Positions 10,304 to 18,986 of a DNA stretch of 64,000 bases are shown in pieces. Position 1 is the stretch's first letter, and each line of letters starts with the position of its first letter. The notes beneath the pieces are model-generated. The model was not told the DNA's origin. It saw only the letters and a program-made list of their open reading frames with translations, and searched no databases. The translations under genes and the position numbers were made by a program. Source of the DNA: an uncultured Actinomycetota bacterium (GTDB lineage: Bacteria > Actinomycetota > Thermoleophilia > Solirubrobacterales > Solirubrobacteraceae); NCBI GenBank assembly GCA_963721515.1, contig CAVRKJ010000010.1, positions 606,672-670,671 of the forward strand. Direction: 5' to 3'.

Positions 10304-10836
10304 GGAACTTCCAGTTCGACCACCTCGACGGCCTCATCGGCGAGGGCTGGAGCGGCACCGACCCCAACGGTGCTCACGTCAACATCGTGCTGGGCGTGCG
10401 CGGGACGCCGACCGCGGCGGCGCTGCTCACCACCTTCACCTCCCCCGCCCCCGGCCACGCCCCCATCCTCGTCGTCGTCGGCGAGGACAAGGCCCATTAC
10501 GAGCCGATCTGGCCGCCGACGATCATGATCAACAAGGAGACCGCGCTCGAGCCAACCCACCAGAAGATCACCTGGGGCGCGGCGCAGCTTGGCATCGCCC
10601 AGGGCGTGCTTGACGCCGTCGCCGAGGAGCTCATCCCCGCCAGCGGGGACCTGATCGTCTTCGTCGCCATCTACATCGATCCCGGCGCCCACGACGAGAC
10701 CGCGGTACGCGTCGCCTCGCGTGCCGCGACGCTCAAGGGGGTGCGCACGGCCCGCCACGGGCGCCCGGCGGCGGACGTGCAGGCCCTCGTCGACCGCCGC
10801 GACACCGTCACCAGCCCGTTCTACAGCGGCTCGTGA
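10300..10836 (+). CDS. Formaldehyde-activating enzyme (Fae) family protein
   Basis: 178 aa. It aligns by eye along its full length with Methylobacterium Fae. Matching blocks: 'GEGWSGTDPNGAHVNIVLGVRGTP' vs '[24 protein letters not shown]', and 'GAAQLGIAQGVLDAVAEELIP' vs '[21 protein letters not shown]'. The start overlaps the ADH stop (ATGA). Confidence 0.75.
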   Translation: MRNFQFDHLDGLIGEGWSGTDPNGAHVNIVLGVRGTPTAAALLTTFTSPAPGHAPILVVVGEDKAHYEPIWPPTIMINKETALEPTHQKITWGAAQLGIAQGVLDAVAEELIPASGDLIVFVAIYIDPGAHDETAVRVASRAATLKGVRTARHGRPAADVQALVDRRDTVTSPFYSGS

Positions 10837-10858
10837 TAGCCCACGGGAGCGACCACTC

Positions 10859-11977
10859 GTGAAGATCACCGCCATCGAGCTCGAGCGGCTGACGCTTCCG
10901 CTCTCCCCGCCCTTCCACGCCGCCTGGGACCCGGACCCGCGCACCCGCTTTGACGCGACACTCGTGCGCGTCCACACCGACGAGGGCGTCACCGGGACCG
11001 CTAGCGGCGACACGATGAGCGGCTTCGAGGCCTTCGCGCACCTGTTCGTCGGCCGCGACCCACTTGCGCTGGCAGCCCACGCGCGGACGCTCGAGACGAT
11101 CGCGTTTCACGCCGGGCGCTACTGGCCGCTCGAGGCCGCCCTCTGGGACCTGGCCGGCCGGGTGCTGGGGGCGCCGGTGGCCACGCTGCTGGGCGGCGCC
11201 TCCGACCGTCTGCCGGTGTACGCGTCCCTGGGCGAGCTGCGCTCCCCCACGCATCGCGCCGACGATGCCCGGGCGCTCGTCTCAGACGGCTTCCGGGCCG
11301 TGAAGGTTCGCATCGCCCGCGACCGGATTCCCGAGGGCATCGCGGTGGTGGCGGCCATGCGCGACGCCGTCGGCGACGCCCTGGACATCATGGTCGATCT
11401 CAACCAGTGGTGGCGGATGCCCGGCGACATCGCGCCGGGCCTGGGCCCCCAGGCGGCGCGCCGCATCATTGACGAGCTGTCCGCCCACGGCGTACTCTGG
11501 GTGGAGGAGCCGCTGGCCGGTGACGACCTGTCGGGGATGCGGATGCTCCGCGAGGTGACCGGCACGCGTATCGCCGGCGGCGAGATGGCGCGTAGCTTCG
11601 ACGATCTGCGCCGTGCGCTGGACGCCGACGCGCTGGACGTGTTCCAGCCCGACGTCGTGCTCGCGCTCGGCATCTCGGGGACGCGGACACTCGCCGACCT
11701 GGCGCTGCGGAGCAACCGCTGGTTCACGCCCCACACCTGGACCAATGGCCTCGGCCTGATGGCCAACCTCCACGTCTGCTGCGGGGTCGGCGGCGGCCCG
11801 TACCTGGAATACCCCTACGACCCGCCCGGCTGGACTCCCGAGCGCCGCGACTTCATGCTCGCCCAGCCGCTGGAGGTCGACGGCGACGGCTGCTTGGCCG
11901 TGAGCGACGCGTCCGGCCTCGGCATCGAGCTCGACGAGGAGGCGGTCGCGCACTACGCGGCCGCCGCCGCCGCATGA
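10859..11977 (+). CDS. Enolase-superfamily enzyme (mandelate racemase / muconate lactonizing enzyme family)
   Basis: GTG 10859 starts 'VKITAIELERLTLPL...'. It has a capping domain followed by a TIM-barrel with metal-ligand contexts 'MVDLNQ', 'WVEEP' and 'FQPD'. The substrate is not inferable. Confidence 0.8.
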   Translation: MKITAIELERLTLPLSPPFHAAWDPDPRTRFDATLVRVHTDEGVTGTASGDTMSGFEAFAHLFVGRDPLALAAHARTLETIAFHAGRYWPLEAALWDLAGRVLGAPVATLLGGASDRLPVYASLGELRSPTHRADDARALVSDGFRAVKVRIARDRIPEGIAVVAAMRDAVGDALDIMVDLNQWWRMPGDIAPGLGPQAARRIIDELSAHGVLWVEEPLAGDDLSGMRMLREVTGTRIAGGEMARSFDDLRRALDADALDVFQPDVVLALGISGTRTLADLALRSNRWFTPHTWTNGLGLMANLHVCCGVGGGPYLEYPYDPPGWTPERRDFMLAQPLEVDGDGCLAVSDASGLGIELDEEAVAHYAAAAAA

Positions 11978-12894
11978 CGACTCCCGAGCCGATCAAGCGC
12001 GTCGCCTTCATCGGCCTTGGCCACATGGGTGGCCACATGTGCCGCAACGTGATCACCGCCGGCTTGGAGGTCACCGCCTACGACCTCGATCCCGAGGCGC
12101 TGGCCCGCACCGCCGCCGATGGCGCTCGGCCCGCCGAGAGTGTCGCTGACTGCGTGCGCGACGCCGAGATCCTGCTCACCAGCCTCCCCGGGCCGCCCCA
12201 GGTGGAGGCGGTGCTCTGCGGCGCCGGCGGCGCCATCGCCGGCATGGCCCCCGGCTCGGTCGCGGTGGACATGAGCACCAGCTCGCTCGAGGTCGGCCGA
12301 CGCGCCCGCGCCGCCGCTGAGGCGGCCGGCGTGCACCTGCTCGACGCGCCGGTGGCCGGCCAGACGATCGGCGCCGAGGCCGGCACCCTGGCGATCTACG
12401 CCGGCGGCGAACCGGAGGTGTTCGCCCGCGCGCTGCCCGTGCTGGAGACGATGGGCGACCCTCAGCGGATCTTCCTGCTCGGCCCCGGCGGCTGCGGGTA
12501 CGCGGTCAAGCTCCTGCTCAACCTCACGTGGTTCATCCAGGCGGTGGCCACTGCCGAGGCGCTGTCGATCGGCGTCAAGGCCGGCGTCGACCTCAGCAAC
12601 CTGCACAGCGCGCTCGTCGCCTCCCCGGCCAACTCGGTGTTCCTCGAGCGCGACGTGCTGCCGCTGCTGGAACGCGGCGATTACGATGACGGCTTCACCA
12701 TGAAGCTGGTGACCAAGGATCTGGGGTTGGCCGTCGATCTGGCGCGCGACATGGGCGTGCCCGTCGAGCTGTCGTCGCTGGTGGAGCAGATCCACCGGCG
12801 CGCTCGCGCCGTCTACGGCGACGACGCCGGGGAGATGAGCGCGGTGCGCCTGTACGAGGACCTCGCCGGAGTGCAGCTGCGATGGCATATGTAG
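11974..12894 (+). CDS. NAD(P)-dependent beta-hydroxyacid dehydrogenase (3-hydroxyisobutyrate / tartronate-semialdehyde reductase family)
   Basis: N-terminal Rossmann motif 'VAFIGLGHMGGHM' and the family core 'GAGYAVKLLLN'-type segment ('GCGYAVKLLLNL'). ATGA overlap with the upstream gene. Confidence 0.85.
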   Translation: MTTPEPIKRVAFIGLGHMGGHMCRNVITAGLEVTAYDLDPEALARTAADGARPAESVADCVRDAEILLTSLPGPPQVEAVLCGAGGAIAGMAPGSVAVDMSTSSLEVGRRARAAAEAAGVHLLDAPVAGQTIGAEAGTLAIYAGGEPEVFARALPVLETMGDPQRIFLLGPGGCGYAVKLLLNLTWFIQAVATAEALSIGVKAGVDLSNLHSALVASPANSVFLERDVLPLLERGDYDDGFTMKLVTKDLGLAVDLARDMGVPVELSSLVEQIHRRARAVYGDDAGEMSAVRLYEDLAGVQLRWHM

Positions 12895-13169
12895 TGCTGG
12901 CCCGCTGGGTCGCCAAGCCGGGCGAGGAGGACGCGGTCGCCGCCGCCATCGACGCGCTCATCGAGCCGTCCCGGGCCGAGCCGGCCAACCTGGTCTACGA
13001 GGCCCACCGCGATCCCGCAGACCCCCGCGTGTTCATGCTCTACGAGCAGTACGTGGACGAGGCCGGCTACCGGGCCCATGGTGAGAGCGAGCACTTCAAG
13101 CGCCACGGACACGGCAACGCGCTGCCGCGCCTGGCCGACCGCGAGCGCTCGTTCTACGAGACGTGGTGA
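12882..13169 (+). CDS. ABM-domain (antibiotic biosynthesis monooxygenase / YgiN-like) protein
   Basis: 95 aa. 'YEQYVDEAGYRAHGESEHFK' is the typical ABM C-terminal half. It overlaps the upstream gene by 13 nt. Confidence 0.75.
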   Translation: MAYVVLARWVAKPGEEDAVAAAIDALIEPSRAEPANLVYEAHRDPADPRVFMLYEQYVDEAGYRAHGESEHFKRHGHGNALPRLADRERSFYETW

Positions 13170-13876
13170 CCGTCGGGGTCGCGGGGCTGGGCACCGGGTC
13201 TCACCAGGCCTGACTCGTAGGCGGTCACCACCAGCTGGGCACGGTCGCGGGCGCCGAGCTTGGAGAACAGGCGGGCCACGTGGGTCTTGGCGGTCAGTGG
13301 GGAGAGCACGAGCCGTTCGGCGATCTCGGCGTTGGAGCGGCCGCGGCCGACCAGCGCCAGGACCTCGCGCTCGCGCGGGGTTAGCCGCTCCAGCGCCCCG
13401 GCCGTGGCCGACGCCGACGGCCCGGCCCCGACGCTCCCAGCGCCGCCGGGCCCGGCCACGAACGCCTCGATCAGCCGCCGCGTCAGCCGCGGGGCCAGCA
13501 GCGCATCGCCGGCAGCGACGACGCGGACCGCGGCCACCAGATCGGCGGGCTCCACGTCCTTGAGCAGGAACCCCGACGCGCCGGCGCGCAACGCGCCGAA
13601 CACGTACTCGTCGAGCTCGAAGGTGGTGAGCACGACCACGCGGGTCTCACACAGGTCGGGGTCAGCGGTGATCTGGGCAGTGGCCTGCAGCCCGTCCACC
13701 TTGGGCATGCGGATGTCCATGAGCACGACCTGGGGCCGATGCTCGCGCGCCTGCGCCACCGCGCTCTCGCCGTCGGCGGCCTCGGCCACCACACTGACGC
13801 CTTCCTCGGCGTCCAGGAGCGCGCGAAAGCCCGCGCGGACCAGCGCCTGGTCATCTGCGAGCTGGACGGTGATCAC
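13154..13876 (-). CDS. NarL/LuxR-family response regulator
   Basis: GTG 13876 ('VITVQLADDQALVRAGF') overlaps the kinase stop. It has a receiver domain ('VLMDIRMP') and a LuxR HTH ('REREVLALVGRGRSNAEIAERLVLSPLTAKTHV'). Confidence 0.9.
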   Translation of the reverse strand: MITVQLADDQALVRAGFRALLDAEEGVSVVAEAADGESAVAQAREHRPQVVLMDIRMPKVDGLQATAQITADPDLCETRVVVLTTFELDEYVFGALRAGASGFLLKDVEPADLVAAVRVVAAGDALLAPRLTRRLIEAFVAGPGGAGSVGAGPSASATAGALERLTPREREVLALVGRGRSNAEIAERLVLSPLTAKTHVARLFSKLGARDRAQLVVTAYESGLVRPGAQPRDPDGHHVS

Positions 13877-15099
13877 GGCCGCAGCTCGCCGCCCTCGCGC
13901 TCCGCGGCGACCAGGGCCGCTCCGCCGTTGGGCGCCGGCGCGCTCATCGGCAGCCACGCGTGCACCCCCCAGCCCCCGTCGTCCCGGCGGCCGGCCTCGA
14001 GTGACCCGCCCAATGCGGCGGCCCGCTCCCGCATGCCCCGGACGCCGTTGCCCATGGGCTCGGACCCGGCAGTCCCGGCCGCTCCGCCCGGCTCGGGCGC
14101 CGCAGTGCCGTCGTCCACGACGTCGATCGTGATCGCGCCCGGGGCGCGGCGCACTCTGACCGTGGTGCTCGTGGCCTGCGCGTGGCGGGCCACGTTGGTC
14201 AGCGCCTCCTGCACGATCCGATAGGCGACGCTCTGTACGGCCGCGGGGACGTCGGCGGCGCTGTCGATGTCCAGCGTCACGTCCACCCCGGCCGAGCGCA
14301 GGCCGCCGGTCAGCTCGGCGATGTCGCCGAGGCCGGCGGGCGGCCCCAGGGGCGCCGCCGCCGAGGGATCGCGGAGCACGTCCAGGGTGGAGCGCAGGTC
14401 GGCCAGGGCGGCGCCGCTGGTGTGCTTGATGTTGCGCAGCGCGCCGTAGGCCTGGCGGGGGTCGCGTTCGAGCAGATGCGCCGCGACGCCCGCCTGGACG
14501 TTGATCGCGGTCATCGCGTGGGCCACGACGTCATGGATCTCGCGGGCGATGCGCAGCCGCTCCTCGCCCACCCGCCGCAGGGTCTCCTGCTCGGCGGTCT
14601 CCACCAGGCGCTGCTCGGACACCCGGCGCGACCGAATCACCTCGCCGGCGGCGATGGCCAGCAGGACGAGAGCGGTGTTGCGGATCACGATCGAGGTGAT
14701 GTGGGAGAAGCCGCTGGCGAACGGGATCACGCTGATGACCACGCACGGCACGATGGCCAGGCTCATCCACAGCGAGCGGCGGCGATCGCCGTTGAGGGCC
14801 AGCTCGAACAGGGCGATCATCGGGATGAGGACGACTGTGTTGGCGGGATGCAGCTGCCACAGCGCGAGCGTCACTCCGCCGACGATGAGCGGCGTCAGCA
14901 CCGGGAAGCTGACGTGCCGGCGCAGCGCCAGCGGCGCGCAGGCGACGAAGACGCAAAGGACGTTGATCACGCCGATCGGCTTGCCCTGCGCCGAGAGCGC
15001 CGCGTCGATGATCAGCACGACGGGGACCAGCAGCACGGGCAGCCAGTCGAGCACGACCGGTGAGCGGGCAAGGCGTCTCGCCACGGCCACCCGGATCAT
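13873..15099 (-). CDS. Sensor histidine kinase (HisKA_3 / NarX-LiaS type), polytopic membrane N-terminus
   Basis: H-box 'REIHDVVAHAMTAINVQ' and ATPase G-box 'GNGVRGMRERAAALGGSL'. ATG 15099 overlaps the MMPL stop (ATGA). Confidence 0.85.
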   Translation of the reverse strand: MIRVAVARRLARSPVVLDWLPVLLVPVVLIIDAALSAQGKPIGVINVLCVFVACAPLALRRHVSFPVLTPLIVGGVTLALWQLHPANTVVLIPMIALFELALNGDRRRSLWMSLAIVPCVVISVIPFASGFSHITSIVIRNTALVLLAIAAGEVIRSRRVSEQRLVETAEQETLRRVGEERLRIAREIHDVVAHAMTAINVQAGVAAHLLERDPRQAYGALRNIKHTSGAALADLRSTLDVLRDPSAAAPLGPPAGLGDIAELTGGLRSAGVDVTLDIDSAADVPAAVQSVAYRIVQEALTNVARHAQATSTTVRVRRAPGAITIDVVDDGTAAPEPGGAAGTAGSEPMGNGVRGMRERAAALGGSLEAGRRDDGGWGVHAWLPMSAPAPNGGAALVAAEREGGELRP

Positions 15100-17189
15100 A
15101 CGGCCGGCGCGGCCACTCCCGGGCGCCGCGCCTCCTGGGGCGCGACCCGGCCATGCAGCCGGCGTAGGGCGGGCGGCGCCCACCAGTTCCAGCGGCCCAG
15201 CAGCGCCATCAGCGACGGCACGAGGAGCGAGCGGACGATGAAGGCGTCCAGCAGCACCCCGGTGGCGACCGCCACCCCGATCTCCTGGATGAAGGAGATC
15301 GAGCTCGTGCTGAAAGCGCCGATGGCCACCGCCAGCAGGATCGCCGCCGCCGTGACGACGCGCCCGGTGGCGGCCAGGCCCGTGGCCACCGCCTCGCGTT
15401 CATCCCCGGGGTTGGCCTCGCGCGCCTCCTTGATGCGCCCGAGCAGGAAGACGCCGTAGTCCGTGGAGAGGGCGAATACGACCGTGGCGGCGACGACGAA
15501 GTCGGTGGGCTCCACGCCGCCGTCGGAGGTGTAGCCCAGCAGCCCGGTGAGGTTGCCGTGCTGGTAGATCAGCACGAGCGGGGTGAGCGCCGCGCCCACG
15601 GTGAGCGCGTTCATGAGGATCGCCTTGACCGGCAGCACGACCGAGCCGGTCATCAGCCACAGCACGACGAACGTGAGCGCCACCAGTAGCCCGATCGCCT
15701 CCGGCAGGTGGGACGCGATCGCGTTCTGCTGGTCCACGAACGTGGCGGCGTCGCCCGTGACCTTGGCCGGGAACGGGGCGGAGACGGCGCGGATCCGGTT
15801 GACGACCCGCTGGGCCGTGGCGCCGGCGCTGTCGCCGGCGACGGGCGCGTTGATCTGCCACGTGGCGTCGCCCAGCAGCCGGGGCGGGGTCACGGCCTCC
15901 ACGCCGGGGATGGCGGCGATCCGGTGCGCGTAGGCGTCCACGGCCGCGCGGTCAGACGCGGGCGCGCGGACGGCCACGGTCACCGGGGACCGGCCCGCAC
16001 CGGCGAAGTCCCGCGCCAGCGCGTCGGCCACCGTGCGCGCGCTCTTGCCCTGCGGGATGACCGAGCTGTCGTTGGCCGAGGACCAGATCGTGCTCAGTGC
16101 CGGTAGGGCCGCCACCACCATCAGCGCCGCGGTGGTCGCGGCCACGATGCCGGGCCGGCGCATGACCGCCCGGGCGAAGCGATACCAGCGGTCGCGCCCC
16201 GCATCCACGTCGGGGCGCGCCAGCTTCATGCCCCACAGGGCCAGCAGGGCCGGGGAGACGGTCACCGACACCACCGCGGCCACGATTGCCGTTGCTGCTC
16301 CGGCGATCCCCATCGACTTCAGGAACCCCTGTGGGAACAGCGTGAGCGTGGCCAGCGCGCAGGCCACCGTGACCGCCGAGAACAGCACCGTCCGGCCGGC
16401 GCGCATCATCGTGGTCGCGATGGCGTCGCCCACGTCGGCTCCCGCCGCCAGCTCCTGGCGGAAGCGCGTGACGAGGAACAGCGTGTAGTCGACCGCCAGC
16501 CCCAGGCCCATGCCGATGACCAGGTTCAGGGCGAAGATGCTCAGCCCGTACACGTGGTTGACCCCGGTGAGGACGAGGAAGGTGCCGAGGACCGTGGTGA
16601 CGCCCACCGCCAGTGGCATCAGCGCGGCGCGCCCGCGGAAGAACAGGATCGAGAGCACGATCAGCAGCGGGAACGCCAGCAGCTCGGCAAAGCCGAGGTC
16701 CGCGGTCACGGTCGAGCTGATCTGCTCGTCGGCGACCTGGGTGCCTCCGACGGTGACGTCGCGATCGTGTGCGAACGCCGACACCGCCGCCTTGGCCGAG
16801 CCCTTGTCATCTGCGGTGGCCGCCAGCGTGGCGGTGATGAGGACGTGGCGCCGGTCACGGGCCACGTCGGCGGGCGCCACCGTGCGCGCGACGCCCGGCA
16901 CCGCCTCCAGGCGGGCGTTGAGCGCCGCAATCCGCGCGCCGGCGGCGGCGGCCCCGCTTGGGGTGTCCACCAGCAGCACGATCCCGGGGACCGGCTCGGT
17001 TCCGCTGGCGCGCTCGAGCATCCGCGTAGCGACCTGCGAGTCAGAGTTGGGCGGCGCGAACCCGCCGGAGCTCTTCAGCGAGCCCGCCAGCGGGCCGCCG
17101 ATGACGCCGGCGACGACGATGAATGCGAGGGTGAGCAGCAGGGTGCGGCGGGGGCGGGCAGAGACCGTGTTGGCGAGTGTTCGAAGCAT
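15096..17189 (-). CDS. MMPL-family (RND superfamily) membrane transporter
   Basis: About 697 aa from ATG 17189 ('MLRTLANTVSARPRRTLLLTLAFIVVAG'). It has two 6-TM bundles with soluble loops, typical of MMPL. The upstream 119 codons of the ORF look non-coding. Confidence 0.85.
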   Translation of the reverse strand: MLRTLANTVSARPRRTLLLTLAFIVVAGVIGGPLAGSLKSSGGFAPPNSDSQVATRMLERASGTEPVPGIVLLVDTPSGAAAAGARIAALNARLEAVPGVARTVAPADVARDRRHVLITATLAATADDKGSAKAAVSAFAHDRDVTVGGTQVADEQISSTVTADLGFAELLAFPLLIVLSILFFRGRAALMPLAVGVTTVLGTFLVLTGVNHVYGLSIFALNLVIGMGLGLAVDYTLFLVTRFRQELAAGADVGDAIATTMMRAGRTVLFSAVTVACALATLTLFPQGFLKSMGIAGAATAIVAAVVSVTVSPALLALWGMKLARPDVDAGRDRWYRFARAVMRRPGIVAATTAALMVVAALPALSTIWSSANDSSVIPQGKSARTVADALARDFAGAGRSPVTVAVRAPASDRAAVDAYAHRIAAIPGVEAVTPPRLLGDATWQINAPVAGDSAGATAQRVVNRIRAVSAPFPAKVTGDAATFVDQQNAIASHLPEAIGLLVALTFVVLWLMTGSVVLPVKAILMNALTVGAALTPLVLIYQHGNLTGLLGYTSDGGVEPTDFVVAATVVFALSTDYGVFLLGRIKEAREANPGDEREAVATGLAATGRVVTAAAILLAVAIGAFSTSSISFIQEIGVAVATGVLLDAFIVRSLLVPSLMALLGRWNWWAPPALRRLHGRVAPQEARRPGVAAPAV

Positions 17190-17398
17190 GCAGTCGATTC
17201 TGCGGGCGCCGGGGGATCCGCACAATCGCCCCGCGGATGTGTCTTTGCCGCCGCCGTAATCCCCGGGATGTACTCCCCGGTGTGCAATCTCAGCCCGCAT
17301 AGTGGCTGTCGCATAAACGAGCGTGACGCGTCGTAGCAAAGTCGACGATCGCGCCGGGCGCCGACAGAGGCTACAGCGCCGCTGCTGCCTGCCGCATG

Positions 17399-17445
17399 AC
17401 TCTGGGACGAAAGGCGCCGGAACTCGACGCTTTCTGTCCCAGAGT
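17399..17445. repeat. Long inverted repeat (15-bp stem with one bulge, 16-nt loop) in the 375-nt gap upstream of the MMPL gene
   Basis: ACTCTGGGACGAAAG (17399-17413) pairs with CTTTC-T-GTCCCAGAGT (17430-17445). Confidence 0.6.
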
Positions 17446-17519
17446 GTCCTCCCGGATGCAGGCGCAGGTGACCAGCCACGCCACTCACCGCCGTTGTCGT
17501 CCTCAGGAAATCGTGGATT

Positions 17520-17547
17520 TGTGTCATAGGGCGCATGAGATGACACA
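17520..17547 (-). terminator. Hairpin 17 nt downstream of the HAL-like gene stop (candidate terminator, no U-tract)
   Basis: TGTGTCAT (17520-27) and ATGACACA (17540-47) form an 8-bp stem with a 12-nt loop. Confidence 0.3.
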
Positions 17548-17564
17548 CGTCCGCCGCCAACCGC

Positions 17565-18986
17565 TCAGCCGGGGATCCCACCCCCGAGCCGCTCCGCCAG
17601 CCGCCCCAGTTCGGCGCCGATCGACCGGCGCGCCACCACCGGCGGGCAAATCTCGAGCACATCGGCTGTGAACGCGCTCAGGGCCGGCGGCGGCGCCCGG
17701 TCCGTGCGCGCGAAGGACTGAGCGGCCATGGCCGCGAGGCACGTGAGCGAGCCCACCACGAAACCGCGCACGCGGTCAAAGCGGTTCCAGGCGTGAAACG
17801 ACGGCGACGGCGCGTCGTTCTGCCCAAACCCCGGCAGCGGCAGCAACGAAGGTACCGCCGCCGTCCGGGCCTCCTCGGCGTAGCCGGCACTCACCATCTG
17901 CATCGTCCCCAGCGCCAGCGAGTCCAGGCCGGGCATCGCCTCGGGGTTCGTCTGCAGCCGCTGGAGCTGATGCTGGGCCAGCTGGGCCAGGTCAGCCAGC
18001 GCGAAGGTGAGGCCGTCGATGGCCGCCGGCGCGGCGCCGTTGTGAAAGCCGCCGGTCGAGACGATGTCGCCCGTGTCGCCGTTGGCCTGGCCGTCGCCGT
18101 CGCCGTCGCCGAACAGGAAGACGGGGTTGTCCGACACGGCGGGCAAGGCGATCTCCGCGGCCTCGCGCGCCGCGCCCAGCAGCCGGTTGGCGTTGCCCAA
18201 CACCCGCGGCAGGATCCGGAAGCTGACCGGCGGCTGCGGGTGCGCGTCAGCGCCCGGCGGCGGCCCGGCGCCGGCGATCCCGGCACGGATCGCCTGCAGG
18301 GCGGCGGTCTGCGCCGGATCGCCCCACAGCGCCTCCAGGCGCTCGTTATAGATTGAGGCGCTGACCCCGAAGGCCGCCACCGCCAGGCAGAACGCGTCCA
18401 CCGCCACCGCGAGCGTCCGCTCGGTGCACAGAGCGGCATCGGCGAGCAGCGCCGGGGCACACGGGGCGCCGTTGATGAGCGCCATCCCCTCCTTCACGCC
18501 CAGCTCCATCTCCCTGGGCACGTCCTCGAACAGCCAGCCGAGCGCCAGGATCTCGCCCGGGCCGCCGTTGCCCAGCCGCGGGACCGGCGGCAAGTCCCGG
18601 CCGTCCAGCTGCCGGGCCACCGCCTCCACCAGCGCGGGGGTGACCCCGGCGTGCCCCTCAACGAGGTTGGCCAGCCGCGCCAGCACGAACCCCCGGACCA
18701 CCCGCCGCGGGAACGGCGCGCCGAACGAGGTGGCGCTGTGCAGACCACGGGCGTAGTCGCGCTGCTCGGCCTCGCTCATCAGCCGGTCCGAGCCGTCGCC
18801 GGCGTGGACGTTGACGCCGTAGATCTTGCGGGCGGGGTCAGCCGTCACCAGCGCCAGGAACTCCGCGCGCCGGCGCGCCACCTCGGCCAGTGCCGCGGGG
18901 GTCACCACGACGTCCTCGCCCCGCCAGGCCACGCGGGCGAACGCGGCCAGGTCGATGTCGGCGCGGCGCGCGAGAGTGACCGTCAC
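17565..18986 (-). CDS. Aromatic-amino-acid-lyase family (HAL/PAL, PF00221-like) protein, divergent, no Ala-Ser-Gly triad (paralog 1)
   Basis: GTG 18986 overlaps the hutF stop (GTGA). Family blocks present: 'IYGVN', 'GMALINGAP', 'SDNPVF', 'STGGFHNGAAPAAIDG'. The MIO position reads 'LGNGGPGEILALG' (nt 18555-18563 encode GPG). The 124 Arg/Pro-rich codons upstream in the ORF were rejected. Confidence 0.7.
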   Translation of the reverse strand: MTVTLARRADIDLAAFARVAWRGEDVVVTPAALAEVARRRAEFLALVTADPARKIYGVNVHAGDGSDRLMSEAEQRDYARGLHSATSFGAPFPRRVVRGFVLARLANLVEGHAGVTPALVEAVARQLDGRDLPPVPRLGNGGPGEILALGWLFEDVPREMELGVKEGMALINGAPCAPALLADAALCTERTLAVAVDAFCLAVAAFGVSASIYNERLEALWGDPAQTAALQAIRAGIAGAGPPPGADAHPQPPVSFRILPRVLGNANRLLGAAREAAEIALPAVSDNPVFLFGDGDGDGQANGDTGDIVSTGGFHNGAAPAAIDGLTFALADLAQLAQHQLQRLQTNPEAMPGLDSLALGTMQMVSAGYAEEARTAAVPSLLPLPGFGQNDAPSPSFHAWNRFDRVRGFVVGSLTCLAAMAAQSFARTDRAPPPALSAFTADVLEICPPVVARRSIGAELGRLAERLGGGIPG

